A stretch of 64,000 nt of DNA from a virus (Duplodnaviria; Caudoviricetes), in IMG/VR virus record IMGVR_UViG_3300014205_000187, positions 42,381 through 106,380 of that record; one strand, given 5' to 3'. Positions 38,524 through 48,828 of the stretch are shown here, in pieces; within the stretch, counting starts at the first letter, position 1; each line of letters opens with the position of its first letter. The position numbers and the translations under genes were made by a program. Below the pieces are notes generated by a model. The model worked only from the letters and a program-made list of their open reading frames with translations. It was not told the origin of the DNA and did not search any database.

Positions 38524-39390
38524 ATGGCTAACACTAATACTTTTCAACAGGCTCCTACCAATACTACAGACGCCACTTTTAGACTCTGGGGAAAGGCTCT
38601 CTCTGACGCTTTTGCAGCTGTAGGCTTGGTTAAAGATACCGATGCTTCTCAAATCGATTGGGCTACCGTACTAAAACCTGGAGCCGGTGCTACTTTTATG
38701 GGTTATGAAATATGGAGGTTCGATGATGCTCTTCAAGCAACATGTCCTGTGTATTTCAAAATCCAATACGGTAGTGGTGGGGTTGCTACTTACCCAGCTA
38801 TTATTCTTCAAGTAGGTCAGGGGTCAGATAATGCCGGTAATCTTTTAGGAACCAAATCTACTGCAAATACTGTAGCTTCAGGAGCCGCAAACGCTACTTC
38901 TTATAGTTGTTTTATAAGTAGTGATAAAAGCCGTGTAAGTATAGCCATGTTTACAGGGTCAGCAGGTAATATACCCTGGGGATTTTATATTGAACGCCTT
39001 AAAAATGACAGTGGAATCAACATAGCCACAGGAGTAAATATAGTCACATGCAGCACTGTAAGCACAGCACAATATCTTCCGTTGTCTGGTGCTGCCTATC
39101 CTGCTACTCCTATGGCGACCCCGCAAAGTGCTTTACCTTCTACAGGTCAAGCCAGTTATGGAAATAATATAGGTGTGTTTCCTATCTATCCTAATATCGG
39201 GTATGCTGGAAATCCCGATCTAGGCGCAATGATCTATTTCACAGGAGACATATCTGCACCAGGGTCTATGCTTACTGTAAATATCTATGGAGCAGATCAT
39301 ATTTATGTGACGTTAGGAGCCAACACCGGCTCAACATCTTCTTATAATGGCAATTCAACATCTCATAGTTTAGCTTTCAGGTATGAATAA
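38524..39390 (+). CDS. putative virion structural protein
   Basis: GYEIWRFDDALQATCPVYFKIQYG; tail module context. Confidence 0.55.
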   Translation: MANTNTFQQAPTNTTDATFRLWGKALSDAFAAVGLVKDTDASQIDWATVLKPGAGATFMGYEIWRFDDALQATCPVYFKIQYGSGGVATYPAIILQVGQGSDNAGNLLGTKSTANTVASGAANATSYSCFISSDKSRVSIAMFTGSAGNIPWGFYIERLKNDSGINIATGVNIVTCSTVSTAQYLPLSGAAYPATPMATPQSALPSTGQASYGNNIGVFPIYPNIGYAGNPDLGAMIYFTGDISAPGSMLTVNIYGADHIYVTLGANTGSTSSYNGNSTSHSLAFRYE

Positions 39391-39566
39391 TGGCAACTCA
39401 AACCACCACAGGAAAATCTAAAATAGCCGGACGATATATAGGCGGTCTAAGCAACGTCAGTAAAATGGCACGAGTAACTCGAATCATAAATGTAGGTATT
39501 CGAGTATCTGGTGGAGGCAGCGCACGTCCTACTTCTGGACAAGTATGGCCTAGAGGAGTGAGTTAG
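39390..39566 (+). CDS. 58-aa basic protein ending RPTSGQVWPRG
   Basis: TAATG coupling with the upstream stop; fills the gap exactly. Confidence 0.6.
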   Translation: MATQTTTGKSKIAGRYIGGLSNVSKMARVTRIINVGIRVSGGGSARPTSGQVWPRGVS

Positions 39567-39570
39567 TAAG

Positions 39571-40443
39571 GTGATCTACAATGAAGCTGATCTACTTTAC
39601 AACGCCAATATAAGCTATAACGGTAATCTTAATGTAACCGTTCAATCTTTCGGTGCCAAAGTCAGAATCATAGCCCAACAAACCAAGACCCTTTCTGCTC
39701 AATCCAACATTCAGTATAATAGAACTACTCCGATTTTCACTGCTCAAAGTAGAATCTTAGCTCAACAAACCAGAACTCTTTCAACACGATCACGCCTTAA
39801 AAAAACCATAAACCAGTCAATCGGTGCTCACAGCTTTATACGAGGCTATCAACTCAAAACCTTAGTTGCAAAAGCAAATATCCAAGTAACTTACCACTTC
39901 ACCGCCAAAGGACGAGTCAATCCCACTATTTCTGGTCGAGTCCGTATTCTGCGATACCAGGGCTGGCCTATAGTGGAAACCGAAGACCCTGGATATTTCT
40001 TATTCACAGACACCAGACTTTATAGTAGAGCCAACATATACCGATATTTAGCTCAACCCACATATCTTCTTCGAGCACTTGGAAGAGTGACATACGCAAA
40101 GACCTTGGAAATGACGGCTAAAGCACGAATTAACACCGGACAGAAACTCTCTATTCGTGCCAATATCCTACCGAGATTCTTTTCAACCCATGTTACTGCT
40201 CAATTTAGCATTCAACGAGTGGTAAGTAGCTCCGTTCGTATGGTATTCTATATGCAGGGACTCTACACCGGGCAAACTCTTACAGCAAAAGCTCGAATAG
40301 TGAAAACCAGCCAAACCAGAGTAACTGGACATTTCATGGTCCCGACACAGCCTGTTTTGATAAACAACATTTTAAGTATAGATGACCCTGTAACAATGGC
40401 TCGGTCGAAACAAACACTTTCGCTTCGAGCAAGGATAGTCTAA
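39571..40443 (+). CDS. Arg-rich repeat protein (TLxAKARI-type repeats)
   Basis: About 14-aa periodic repeats visible in the protein. Confidence 0.6.
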   Translation: MIYNEADLLYNANISYNGNLNVTVQSFGAKVRIIAQQTKTLSAQSNIQYNRTTPIFTAQSRILAQQTRTLSTRSRLKKTINQSIGAHSFIRGYQLKTLVAKANIQVTYHFTAKGRVNPTISGRVRILRYQGWPIVETEDPGYFLFTDTRLYSRANIYRYLAQPTYLLRALGRVTYAKTLEMTAKARINTGQKLSIRANILPRFFSTHVTAQFSIQRVVSSSVRMVFYMQGLYTGQTLTAKARIVKTSQTRVTGHFMVPTQPVLINNILSIDDPVTMARSKQTLSLRARIV

Positions 40444-43076
40444 TGGCAGTTATCGATCTTCAACGAAATCATGTAGGTATACAAACTTTTGAAACCAAGT
40501 TCGGTGAAAATCTTATGGCCGGGCGTGGTAGTTTTTTACAACACACAGACGGATATATGTACTGTGTTTTTGCGCGTAATATAACTGACTATCCTTTTGA
40601 AAGATTACTTTTTTATACTCGATCAAATGATGATGGAGTTACATGGTCTGATGCTGTCCAACTTACACTTTCAGGAGTTGGAAATTGGGATGACGAACCT
40701 TCTATAGCTCAACTTGACCCTACAGATATAGACTCCGAAATAGCAGTAGTCTATCGAAACGGGTATTATGATGATGGGCCTCAAAATACTTATGACTACA
40801 TACGACGATTTACATTTAATAAAGAAACTGGAGAAGCTACATCTCCGTTTGACGCTATATCAACAGGAAGTGGCGCAGACGGCTTATTTTTAAGTTTAGT
40901 AAAGTTTTACTGGGGTTGGAAAGTTTTTGCTTTGAATGCCACTTTCAACAATGCTAGGTCTATCATAGTCTATACTACTACTCAATTTTTTACAGATAAT
41001 GCATGGACACAAAGCTCGTTAAGTAATGAGTTTCCTATAAGCAGTGAAGCTCTAGGAATGAGTATTAAAACTCTTTCAAATGGGCACTTAATGATGGTTA
41101 TTACTTATAGAACAGCTTTGAACGGTCTAGCCGCTATAGGGGGTATATCAAATCTTCCAAGTGGTATACTTCGTTGTGATGTGGGTGTTAAGTTTTCTGA
41201 CGATGAAGGTGAGACTTGGACAGCTATTCAAAAACTTACTAATTATACAGGAACAACTAATTTAGATTTAGTAGGAACCGACAGTGTAGCTTCTGCTGAT
41301 TTTACTCAATTATCTGACGATAAAATAGCTGTCGGATACCAAGAACACACTGCACCTCAAGTTATAAATGTAAATACTGCTCTTGCAATGACTGCATCTG
41401 GATATTCTAAAGTAGCTTATTACCACACTGCAAAAAACGCTTTATTTTTAGCCGGGGGGGGAGCCTTAGACGGCAATGAAACTAATGCCGGTGTATTTTA
41501 TGTAGATTTAACTAACCAAACAGTTCTTAGATTATGTACAACCAGCAGTCCTGCTTTATGGAAAAATGGTGTAAACTTTCTGGATGTAAGTCCTGACGGT
41601 AATTATTTAGCTATAGGACTTAGAACAGGAGGTATACACATTATAGACATCAGTGCCTCTGACCCAGATGACTGGGTTAGTGTTAAAGAATTGAGAACTA
41701 CATCGTCTCCTGCTGTTTTGTCAGACAGCATACACATGATTCGTTGGGTCAACAACGATCAGGTAGCTTTTACCTACGTTACCCAACAAACATACTGTGG
41801 TGGTATTTATAAAATCAGTACAGATACTATTACAGCTATAAATATATCGGGGGGTAATACTAATCAATCGTTTGTTACTCAAAATAATCATATAATAATA
41901 ATAACTAACTCTTATATTAGAAAAATAGACCCCGATACAGGTAGTATACTTTATTATCTAAACACTACTTTTATACAACTAACAGATATTTACTACGATT
42001 CAATCCTAAATTATTATATAGTAAGTAGGTATGACACTACTATTTGGATTGAAGATACTGGCAGCGCATTCAATCAACTTCTATACTATGATTCTACTAC
42101 AACTCCTAAAATTATAAGAAACTATGGTATAGGTTACATAAATGGCCGTGGTATTGTTTTTGCAGCCGGAATGACTGCACTACACGCAGGGTATCGTTTA
42201 GCATGGTTAAGTAACTTTAATTCTTCTTTCCAAGGATGTAGAACATGGGTCAATGACCTTCATTTAGGAGAAAACTTCGATACTGGAATGAATCTTCAAT
42301 TCGCCAGAGACATCAAACCGGGTTGGCTATGTTTAGGGTCTTCTTCTCAGTACATTTTCTTAAACCTATACAAAACAGGTAGACTTAGATATGGGGTATT
42401 TACCTATGACGCAGTGAACAAAACCCTTATTACTAGCGGTGTAGATTTCTATGATGTATGTAATGAAATCAAATTAAGCACCGATGTGATTAACCGGCTT
42501 CAATTTCCTGCAATGGGGCGAGATGCTGATGATCGCATATATTTTTATATATCTAAGTTTAACGTATACAGCGATGGTAACGAGTTTGCTGCTCTTATAG
42601 GAACTGTAGACCCTGATGTAAAAAAAACTACCATGATGGCTCGTATTTTAAGTAATTACACGGCTCCTATGCAAAGTAGGACTCGAGTACGCAATACTTA
42701 CACCGTCAACTTAGACGCTCGAATGCGAATAGTTTTCGCTCAGTGCATCAAAGCCAAAGCTCGAATAGTTCCAGTAAACGTGGTAACAATGACAAGCAAA
42801 GCAGCCATTCAAAACTGGAAATCGAACATAGTTGTAGGCAGTTTTAATGTCCAGCAAACAGGCAGAACAGCTACTATAAGATTGCAATTCTGGTCAAACA
42901 CTGGCTATAATAGTTTTCAGAGTCTCCAGGCCAAAGCTCGTATTGTGAAAACTTCTACATGTCGAGTCACCGGCCATTTCATCATTCCGGCTGTAGGACT
43001 TGGTAATCTAATCAACTTCTCCGGGGTATCTAAGTCTAAACAGATACTATCACTGAGAGCATGTATAAGTAAATGA
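40443..43076 (+). CDS. putative receptor-binding protein: Asp-box beta-propeller plus C-terminal AKARI repeats
   Basis: Asp-boxes SNDDGVTW and SDDEGETW; VSPDGNYLA; C-terminus paralogous to the 39571 ORF. Confidence 0.6.
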   Translation: MAVIDLQRNHVGIQTFETKFGENLMAGRGSFLQHTDGYMYCVFARNITDYPFERLLFYTRSNDDGVTWSDAVQLTLSGVGNWDDEPSIAQLDPTDIDSEIAVVYRNGYYDDGPQNTYDYIRRFTFNKETGEATSPFDAISTGSGADGLFLSLVKFYWGWKVFALNATFNNARSIIVYTTTQFFTDNAWTQSSLSNEFPISSEALGMSIKTLSNGHLMMVITYRTALNGLAAIGGISNLPSGILRCDVGVKFSDDEGETWTAIQKLTNYTGTTNLDLVGTDSVASADFTQLSDDKIAVGYQEHTAPQVINVNTALAMTASGYSKVAYYHTAKNALFLAGGGALDGNETNAGVFYVDLTNQTVLRLCTTSSPALWKNGVNFLDVSPDGNYLAIGLRTGGIHIIDISASDPDDWVSVKELRTTSSPAVLSDSIHMIRWVNNDQVAFTYVTQQTYCGGIYKISTDTITAINISGGNTNQSFVTQNNHIIIITNSYIRKIDPDTGSILYYLNTTFIQLTDIYYDSILNYYIVSRYDTTIWIEDTGSAFNQLLYYDSTTTPKIIRNYGIGYINGRGIVFAAGMTALHAGYRLAWLSNFNSSFQGCRTWVNDLHLGENFDTGMNLQFARDIKPGWLCLGSSSQYIFLNLYKTGRLRYGVFTYDAVNKTLITSGVDFYDVCNEIKLSTDVINRLQFPAMGRDADDRIYFYISKFNVYSDGNEFAALIGTVDPDVKKTTMMARILSNYTAPMQSRTRVRNTYTVNLDARMRIVFAQCIKAKARIVPVNVVTMTSKAAIQNWKSNIVVGSFNVQQTGRTATIRLQFWSNTGYNSFQSLQAKARIVKTSTCRVTGHFIIPAVGLGNLINFSGVSKSKQILSLRACISK

Positions 43077-45172
43077 GCACTCTGAATATAGAGCAGGTTA
43101 AAATCACTGACAATATCTCCGAAAGAGCCAAAACATGCACAGTACTTCTGGCTCCTGAAGAACGAGTACCTGCTCCCACGGCTGAGTTTTCATACCCTGG
43201 TGATGTTCTACAACTCACCGGGACATCCATTCGACCCACAGGAACAGTTATCAATATCGATACCAGTTTCGGCTCTGTGCCCTCTCACACTATTTTTAGC
43301 GGAGCCATTGAAACGATGGATGATTTGACAGACCCAGACAAGTATAACTACACCATCGTATTATCGAACACACCGGCCAACCAAAAACATCGAAACAAAA
43401 TAACGAAGATATACAACCAACAAAGCTATCCAAACTGTCCTGCTGACATGACCACAGTTCATGCCATCATAAAAGACTGCTGCCGGATAGCCGGTATACC
43501 CTTCGGTCGATGTGATCTGCCTAATTTGAATGTCTGGGGCACGTTCGAGGTCATCCGAAAAAACCCCGCAGAGGTCGCCGAAGAACTTTGTCAACCGTTC
43601 AATCTATTCGAGTATCGGCATTACTTCGTTCGTATAGACGAGACCAACGGGCTTTCCGTCATCGGTATAGACTACACCGAAGGTGGCAAAGTTACAAACA
43701 CGTATGCTCTCCAAAATATCGAAAACTGCAATAGAAGTTATGAACGCTATATGCCTGAAAACAGACTCGGAGATGGAAATATAATCTTAACCGGCTGCGA
43801 TGTTTATGGTGAAGACCCTTACATTACAACAGTCATAAATAATGATACTCTCGGAGACGAAAATACTAGACCTGCGGACAAAATTGGTATTTCAGTCTGC
43901 ACCAAAGAATATACCCAAGATTCCAGAAATGTGGGAAATCCTGAAAATGGTGGCTCTGGATTAGACCAGTATAGCATCACCACAACTATTATAGAGTTCG
44001 TTATCCAAGTAACTGTAGAAGCTACCTGGGATGCCATAATGGGTTGGTGGACATACCCCAGTATCCCTCCAGACGGCACTATCGATAGTTTGATCGTGGC
44101 TCTTTCAACAGGTGAGGTGAAGTCTGTCAGTATCATGGAATCCAATGTAATCTCTTCTCATGAAGAACAGTGGTCATCAGCCGGAGCCGCAGACCCCAGC
44201 AGTGGTGGGGGATTACTTCAAACCGTAGATACTTCTATTTTTTATGAACAAAAACGCTTTCCTCGGCATATTTATAAAGCCACGGACTACATCGCTCATG
44301 TGCCTATAAGAGAGGAAGTTTTAACCTGCGTCTATCCGAAAAATGAGGCTTACACAAGAAACCTGTCAAAAAGGTATTACAACTATTCTGATACCGGAGT
44401 CCATATCGGGACCACAACTCAGTTGTATAACAATCTCAAAGGTAGTTGGATACTGGTTTCTACGCAAACAAATACAGAAAACTCACCTTCTTTGACCAGT
44501 GCAGCTCTCCAATACGCAGCAGATCAACAAGCACAAATCGCAGAAGAATTAGACGCTGCTCAAGCTGCGACTGCCAACAATAAAAAAACATTCACTATTC
44601 TGCCTACAAGTGTGGGAGATAATAACGCATTCAATGGTCAGCGTAGAGCAACATTCTCTGTTATCGGCAAACACAAGCTCATTAACGGCATTCCTCAGCC
44701 CATCACAAACATACCAGCGCGTGTAGGGCAGACCAATCTTACCGGAAAATATGGTGCGCCGCTTTCATCTTATCCAATGAAAGCCAGTAGTTTACCTACA
44801 TGGGTAACAAGTCTCGGTCTTACTTGGTTATCCAATCAGTATAGACAACTTCCAGGAAACACGATTATAGACCCTACATCAGCTCAATTTGAACAAGAAC
44901 AAGCTGAACGAAACGCTTTTCATATCAGTGTGCCTTGGATGGATTTGGCCGGACTCCAATATCTTTGGGGAATGTGTCTGCGTCAACGCGCTCTCGAACA
45001 TCTAAGCCCATATTGGGATAAAGTCAAAGCCACATGCTCTATCGATACCAGCCCAACTGCCGGAGAATCTCTAGTGGTTCAAGGTAGTGGAGGCATCTGC
45101 GAAATCGCAGAACATATCTTAACCGAAAATGACGCTATAACGACTGTGGCTGTAAAAAGACTCATCGTTTAG
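43073..45172 (+). CDS. putative tail-tip hub protein
   Basis: IFSGAIE, AIIKDCC.., hub-like organisation; position. Confidence 0.45.
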   Translation: MSTLNIEQVKITDNISERAKTCTVLLAPEERVPAPTAEFSYPGDVLQLTGTSIRPTGTVINIDTSFGSVPSHTIFSGAIETMDDLTDPDKYNYTIVLSNTPANQKHRNKITKIYNQQSYPNCPADMTTVHAIIKDCCRIAGIPFGRCDLPNLNVWGTFEVIRKNPAEVAEELCQPFNLFEYRHYFVRIDETNGLSVIGIDYTEGGKVTNTYALQNIENCNRSYERYMPENRLGDGNIILTGCDVYGEDPYITTVINNDTLGDENTRPADKIGISVCTKEYTQDSRNVGNPENGGSGLDQYSITTTIIEFVIQVTVEATWDAIMGWWTYPSIPPDGTIDSLIVALSTGEVKSVSIMESNVISSHEEQWSSAGAADPSSGGGLLQTVDTSIFYEQKRFPRHIYKATDYIAHVPIREEVLTCVYPKNEAYTRNLSKRYYNYSDTGVHIGTTTQLYNNLKGSWILVSTQTNTENSPSLTSAALQYAADQQAQIAEELDAAQAATANNKKTFTILPTSVGDNNAFNGQRRATFSVIGKHKLINGIPQPITNIPARVGQTNLTGKYGAPLSSYPMKASSLPTWVTSLGLTWLSNQYRQLPGNTIIDPTSAQFEQEQAERNAFHISVPWMDLAGLQYLWGMCLRQRALEHLSPYWDKVKATCSIDTSPTAGESLVVQGSGGICEIAEHILTENDAITTVAVKRLIV

Positions 45173-45181
45173 GAGATACCG

Positions 45182-45382
45182 ATGGCACAAGAAAATCAGT
45201 TAATAGACTATGGAACTGTTATCGGATTCGATGAGCACAATCCGAACTTTGCCATCATAAGTGACGGCTTTTTTCAGGTTAAAGCATTCGTGCCAAATCA
45301 ACATGATGTACAGGCATTCAAAAGCTACCTGGTATACAAAAGAGGTAATACTTATTATCTAGGAGCCGAGGTTTCAACATAA
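45182..45382 (+). CDS. small tail-tip protein
   Basis: AGGAG RBS; coupled to the next gene. Confidence 0.55.
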   Translation: MAQENQLIDYGTVIGFDEHNPNFAIISDGFFQVKAFVPNQHDVQAFKSYLVYKRGNTYYLGAEVST

Positions 45383-48300
45383 TGTCTGCCTGCGCTGAGT
45401 TTGAGTGCTTTATCTGTAATATCTGCAAAGAAGGTCGTCCCACTCCTGCGCCTGACTCCGACCATAAACTTCAAAAAACCGGCAAAAATGAAAATGAAAG
45501 TGTCCCGTGGCAGTGGGCCGATGCTCTTCTGGTGTATGTCCTCGGTAAAATTGCCGATGTCCAAGATAAACAACTCGACATCTACAGCGGGGTCAACGGG
45601 TATCATATACGCACAATTCCTGGAAAACGATGGCGTCAGCCTATTATGGTGGGAGCCGGAGCCAGTCTTGTGGTCGTCGTAGATCGTTTTGAAGACTATG
45701 ACCAACTTCGTTTCACTGATGAGTATGGAGGAGCCACAACAATCGGGTTTGATTCAGACGGGTATCCTTTGGACTCTGTGCAGTGGGATACCTTAACAGA
45801 TTTGTACACCTATAACATCCCTATCGGTTATCGAGTCTCAGGCATCTCTATCACGTCCTGGGGTATGTGCATCGCCAATATACAAGGTGTTGACGGCAAA
45901 GCCACGTTCATAATGATCGATGCCACGGGACATTGTGGATTAGAGTCTGTTTTCAAAACGCACGATCAAGGTCTTATAAACTTCAAAGACCCTTATTGCA
46001 ACCTGGGACAAATACTTGGTCCTAGCTGCCAACTAAGCCATAACCCCTCTGAAGATATGTTCTGGAACCTCTGGTTGGTCTCAGGTGTCGAAGATAACGC
46101 TGTGATGGCCGTAGACAGCATCACAGGCGAGGTTAAGGGGCTTCAGGGACTTCCCACGTCTCCAACACCGATGAGTGCCGTCTTCAGTAACAACATTATC
46201 AGCGTCTTATGCGGAGAAAACGGCGTAGGAAGCGTTTTGTACAGATTTAACGTAGACCCTAAGCACGGAGCCAATCAGTTCATCTTACGTGGCGCAGAGA
46301 GCACTCCAGGCCCCACAAACCAAACAATAACTTATGCCCCGTCCTTTCGAGACGACCCTAAACAAGAGAGTCTGCCCGAAAGCAAGCTACCTAAGTACTT
46401 AGAAAAAGCTGCTAAAATAAATGAATCCAGCAAAGTTGAGGCTGTTCCCTCTACATTCGAGGATATTCCTCGTTATCCTGACGGTAAATCGTCTCAAACA
46501 CTCAACGAAGATCGGGTATCTGCGACCACTACTATCGCTGCACCCATGTATGACAATCACAGCGTAGATGCCACCAAGATCGATCTTCCCGCAGACCTGG
46601 GAGTTCTTCAAATCGTAGGAGCTTATGGCACCATTGCAGAACTTTTTGATCGTGGTGGCGACCCCACAAAACCCATTTTTCGTCTTGTTCATGGCACAAG
46701 TTATGATTTTATCGTTGATGGTGGGTTTTCTTATGGCTGTTCGACCTCCAGTGGAGAGTTTCAAGGTGTCACAAATGGTCTTATAGGAGAATCGATAGCT
46801 GTAGACAAAAAATACACTTTAGGCACTCTAAGAGGTCTCGATGTTAAAGCTGCGCTCATCGACAGTAACACTGGAAATATCATATTCAGAGAGCCAAAAC
46901 CTCAATCAACATATCGAGTTTATGGAGGAGATTATCCTGCTCTCGACCCTTATATCAGCACCATACAACCTGAGATAGATGCTATTCAAGACGACATCAA
47001 CAGACTCACCGGCGAAATGCTGGAAGCTGAATATGATGGCATGGTCACGTATGCTGCCGATTTACAGTCTGAAATAATAATCAATCAGGCGTGGAAATCC
47101 AAACTACAGGCTCGATTAACAGGTACCAGCGATGTGCTGCGCTCTGGATGTACAAACGACACAGAGGCCATCCTGGAAGTCGTAGACGGCATAGAACGTC
47201 TGGAGACGAGTCCCTGGCTCTCTCCGTGGCTGGACCCTAAACGCAGCACCCCTGGAGGCTCTCCAATAGCAGCTTTCGGAGCCACACCAACAACTTTAGA
47301 TGATTTCTGGACTTGTTTCGTCAGAAAACCCAGTAGTCCAAAACAAGTCACCTTGGCTCTTATGCGTAGAAACTGGAGTAGAGTATATACTGAACCTGGA
47401 GATATTACAGACACTTTACTTCCTGAATGGGTATCTAACAACGTAGACCCTATCCAAGAAATAGGCAATTATCAAATGTTTGTCTCTCCAAGAACACCTA
47501 CAATGTTGACAGAGTATCCAATTCAATTTAATTATACATCTCAAGGAGGCTTTTATCCTCTCGGATTTCCCACAAGTAAATACTCTAATTTTGATCGATA
47601 TAGAGAAGAGATTTCCAGTCTGAATACCTTTGACGAGGAGTATCAACGACTCATAACAGCAGAACAAGCCAAACCTGAAGCTGAACAAGATACAGCTTTA
47701 ATAACTCGATACACCGCTTATATAGCTGAAAATGCCACACGCAGAGCACAATTAAATATCTGGTTAAGTGGAACCAAAGTAGAAAAGGATTTCTATCATA
47801 TTTCACGAAGAACTCTAACTGCCACTTTTCCAAAAATAGATATATCTACAGGGCAAACTCCTGATACAGAAACAGGAATATGGAGTATCACAGACCCTAT
47901 AACACCTGTTTCTGCATCTGAAGCAGCCGCAAATAAATGGAAAACTATAGCTGTCGGCACTGATCTCACAAAAAAACGAGGCTGTGTTATTGAACCGGGT
48001 CCGTATGCCTGGATTGCCGTGGCTATCAATCTCAGAGCTGACAGTATGCTTGGACAAGAATTATGGTTATACCCAGAGGCTCGAAGAAACGGTCTGGGTA
48101 TTAAAGTTGGCGCACTAGATTATGAAAGTATGCACCCTGGGTATGTCAGTGCTTTTGGCATTAAAGGAGGCGGTATATATTGTGCTGGATGGCGAGCATC
48201 ACAGTATGGAGAAGGTGCATGGGCATTCTGGGAGTGGGGTGTCGATTTTGGAGGAGCTGCTGTTGACGAAACCTCCCCGGCACATATTCAATTGGCGGCT

Positions 48301-48828
48301 CCTTCAGATGCAAAAGAAACTCTTCTAGCTGACATTGCATCAAACACAGGCACAATGTACGATGAATACTTTGCAGCCCGACGCTATTACATAGCCAGAG
48401 CACCTTTAAGCTCTGTTCGTGTATGGTTTAGAATGACTCATCTCGCCAAAGACGTTTTTCGTGTAGGCTATAGAACTATTTTCTTTGATAGAATCTCATC
48501 TAACGAACTCTTATGCCCCGCAATGGACCCTGGATACTATGCAGGGCATAATTGTGTAGAAGCTCTTTGTGGTAATGTAACTTGTCCAAGTCAAATGTTT
48601 GGTTTGTCTGGACACCTTTATAGAACAGACCCCACATACTCTGAGGTTTATACGCCTATCATGGAAGGTCAAGCTATCTTTACTTTACCTGAAAATCCTT
48701 ATGCAGATTTGGGTTTAGCTTATGGCGCAGTGTGGAAACTTAATGTTACATTCAACCTGAACAACAATGTCAGAGGTTTTGATATTCCACTGCTTCCAAA
48801 CTCTTCTCGAATAGCAGGTCAACGCTAA
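45382..48828 (+). CDS. large tail-tip/central fibre candidate
   Basis: 1148 aa; Cys-rich N-terminus and coiled-coil inserts; position. Confidence 0.45.
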   Translation: MSACAEFECFICNICKEGRPTPAPDSDHKLQKTGKNENESVPWQWADALLVYVLGKIADVQDKQLDIYSGVNGYHIRTIPGKRWRQPIMVGAGASLVVVVDRFEDYDQLRFTDEYGGATTIGFDSDGYPLDSVQWDTLTDLYTYNIPIGYRVSGISITSWGMCIANIQGVDGKATFIMIDATGHCGLESVFKTHDQGLINFKDPYCNLGQILGPSCQLSHNPSEDMFWNLWLVSGVEDNAVMAVDSITGEVKGLQGLPTSPTPMSAVFSNNIISVLCGENGVGSVLYRFNVDPKHGANQFILRGAESTPGPTNQTITYAPSFRDDPKQESLPESKLPKYLEKAAKINESSKVEAVPSTFEDIPRYPDGKSSQTLNEDRVSATTTIAAPMYDNHSVDATKIDLPADLGVLQIVGAYGTIAELFDRGGDPTKPIFRLVHGTSYDFIVDGGFSYGCSTSSGEFQGVTNGLIGESIAVDKKYTLGTLRGLDVKAALIDSNTGNIIFREPKPQSTYRVYGGDYPALDPYISTIQPEIDAIQDDINRLTGEMLEAEYDGMVTYAADLQSEIIINQAWKSKLQARLTGTSDVLRSGCTNDTEAILEVVDGIERLETSPWLSPWLDPKRSTPGGSPIAAFGATPTTLDDFWTCFVRKPSSPKQVTLALMRRNWSRVYTEPGDITDTLLPEWVSNNVDPIQEIGNYQMFVSPRTPTMLTEYPIQFNYTSQGGFYPLGFPTSKYSNFDRYREEISSLNTFDEEYQRLITAEQAKPEAEQDTALITRYTAYIAENATRRAQLNIWLSGTKVEKDFYHISRRTLTATFPKIDISTGQTPDTETGIWSITDPITPVSASEAAANKWKTIAVGTDLTKKRGCVIEPGPYAWIAVAINLRADSMLGQELWLYPEARRNGLGIKVGALDYESMHPGYVSAFGIKGGGIYCAGWRASQYGEGAWAFWEWGVDFGGAAVDETSPAHIQLAAPSDAKETLLADIASNTGTMYDEYFAARRYYIARAPLSSVRVWFRMTHLAKDVFRVGYRTIFFDRISSNELLCPAMDPGYYAGHNCVEALCGNVTCPSQMFGLSGHLYRTDPTYSEVYTPIMEGQAIFTLPENPYADLGLAYGAVWKLNVTFNLNNNVRGFDIPLLPNSSRIAGQR

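Noticed and set aside
40270-43076. Paralogous tail-protein C-termini as a DGR template/variable repeat pair
   Set aside because: Differences are largely synonymous and not adenine-specific, both copies are coding, and there is no reverse transcriptase in the window.
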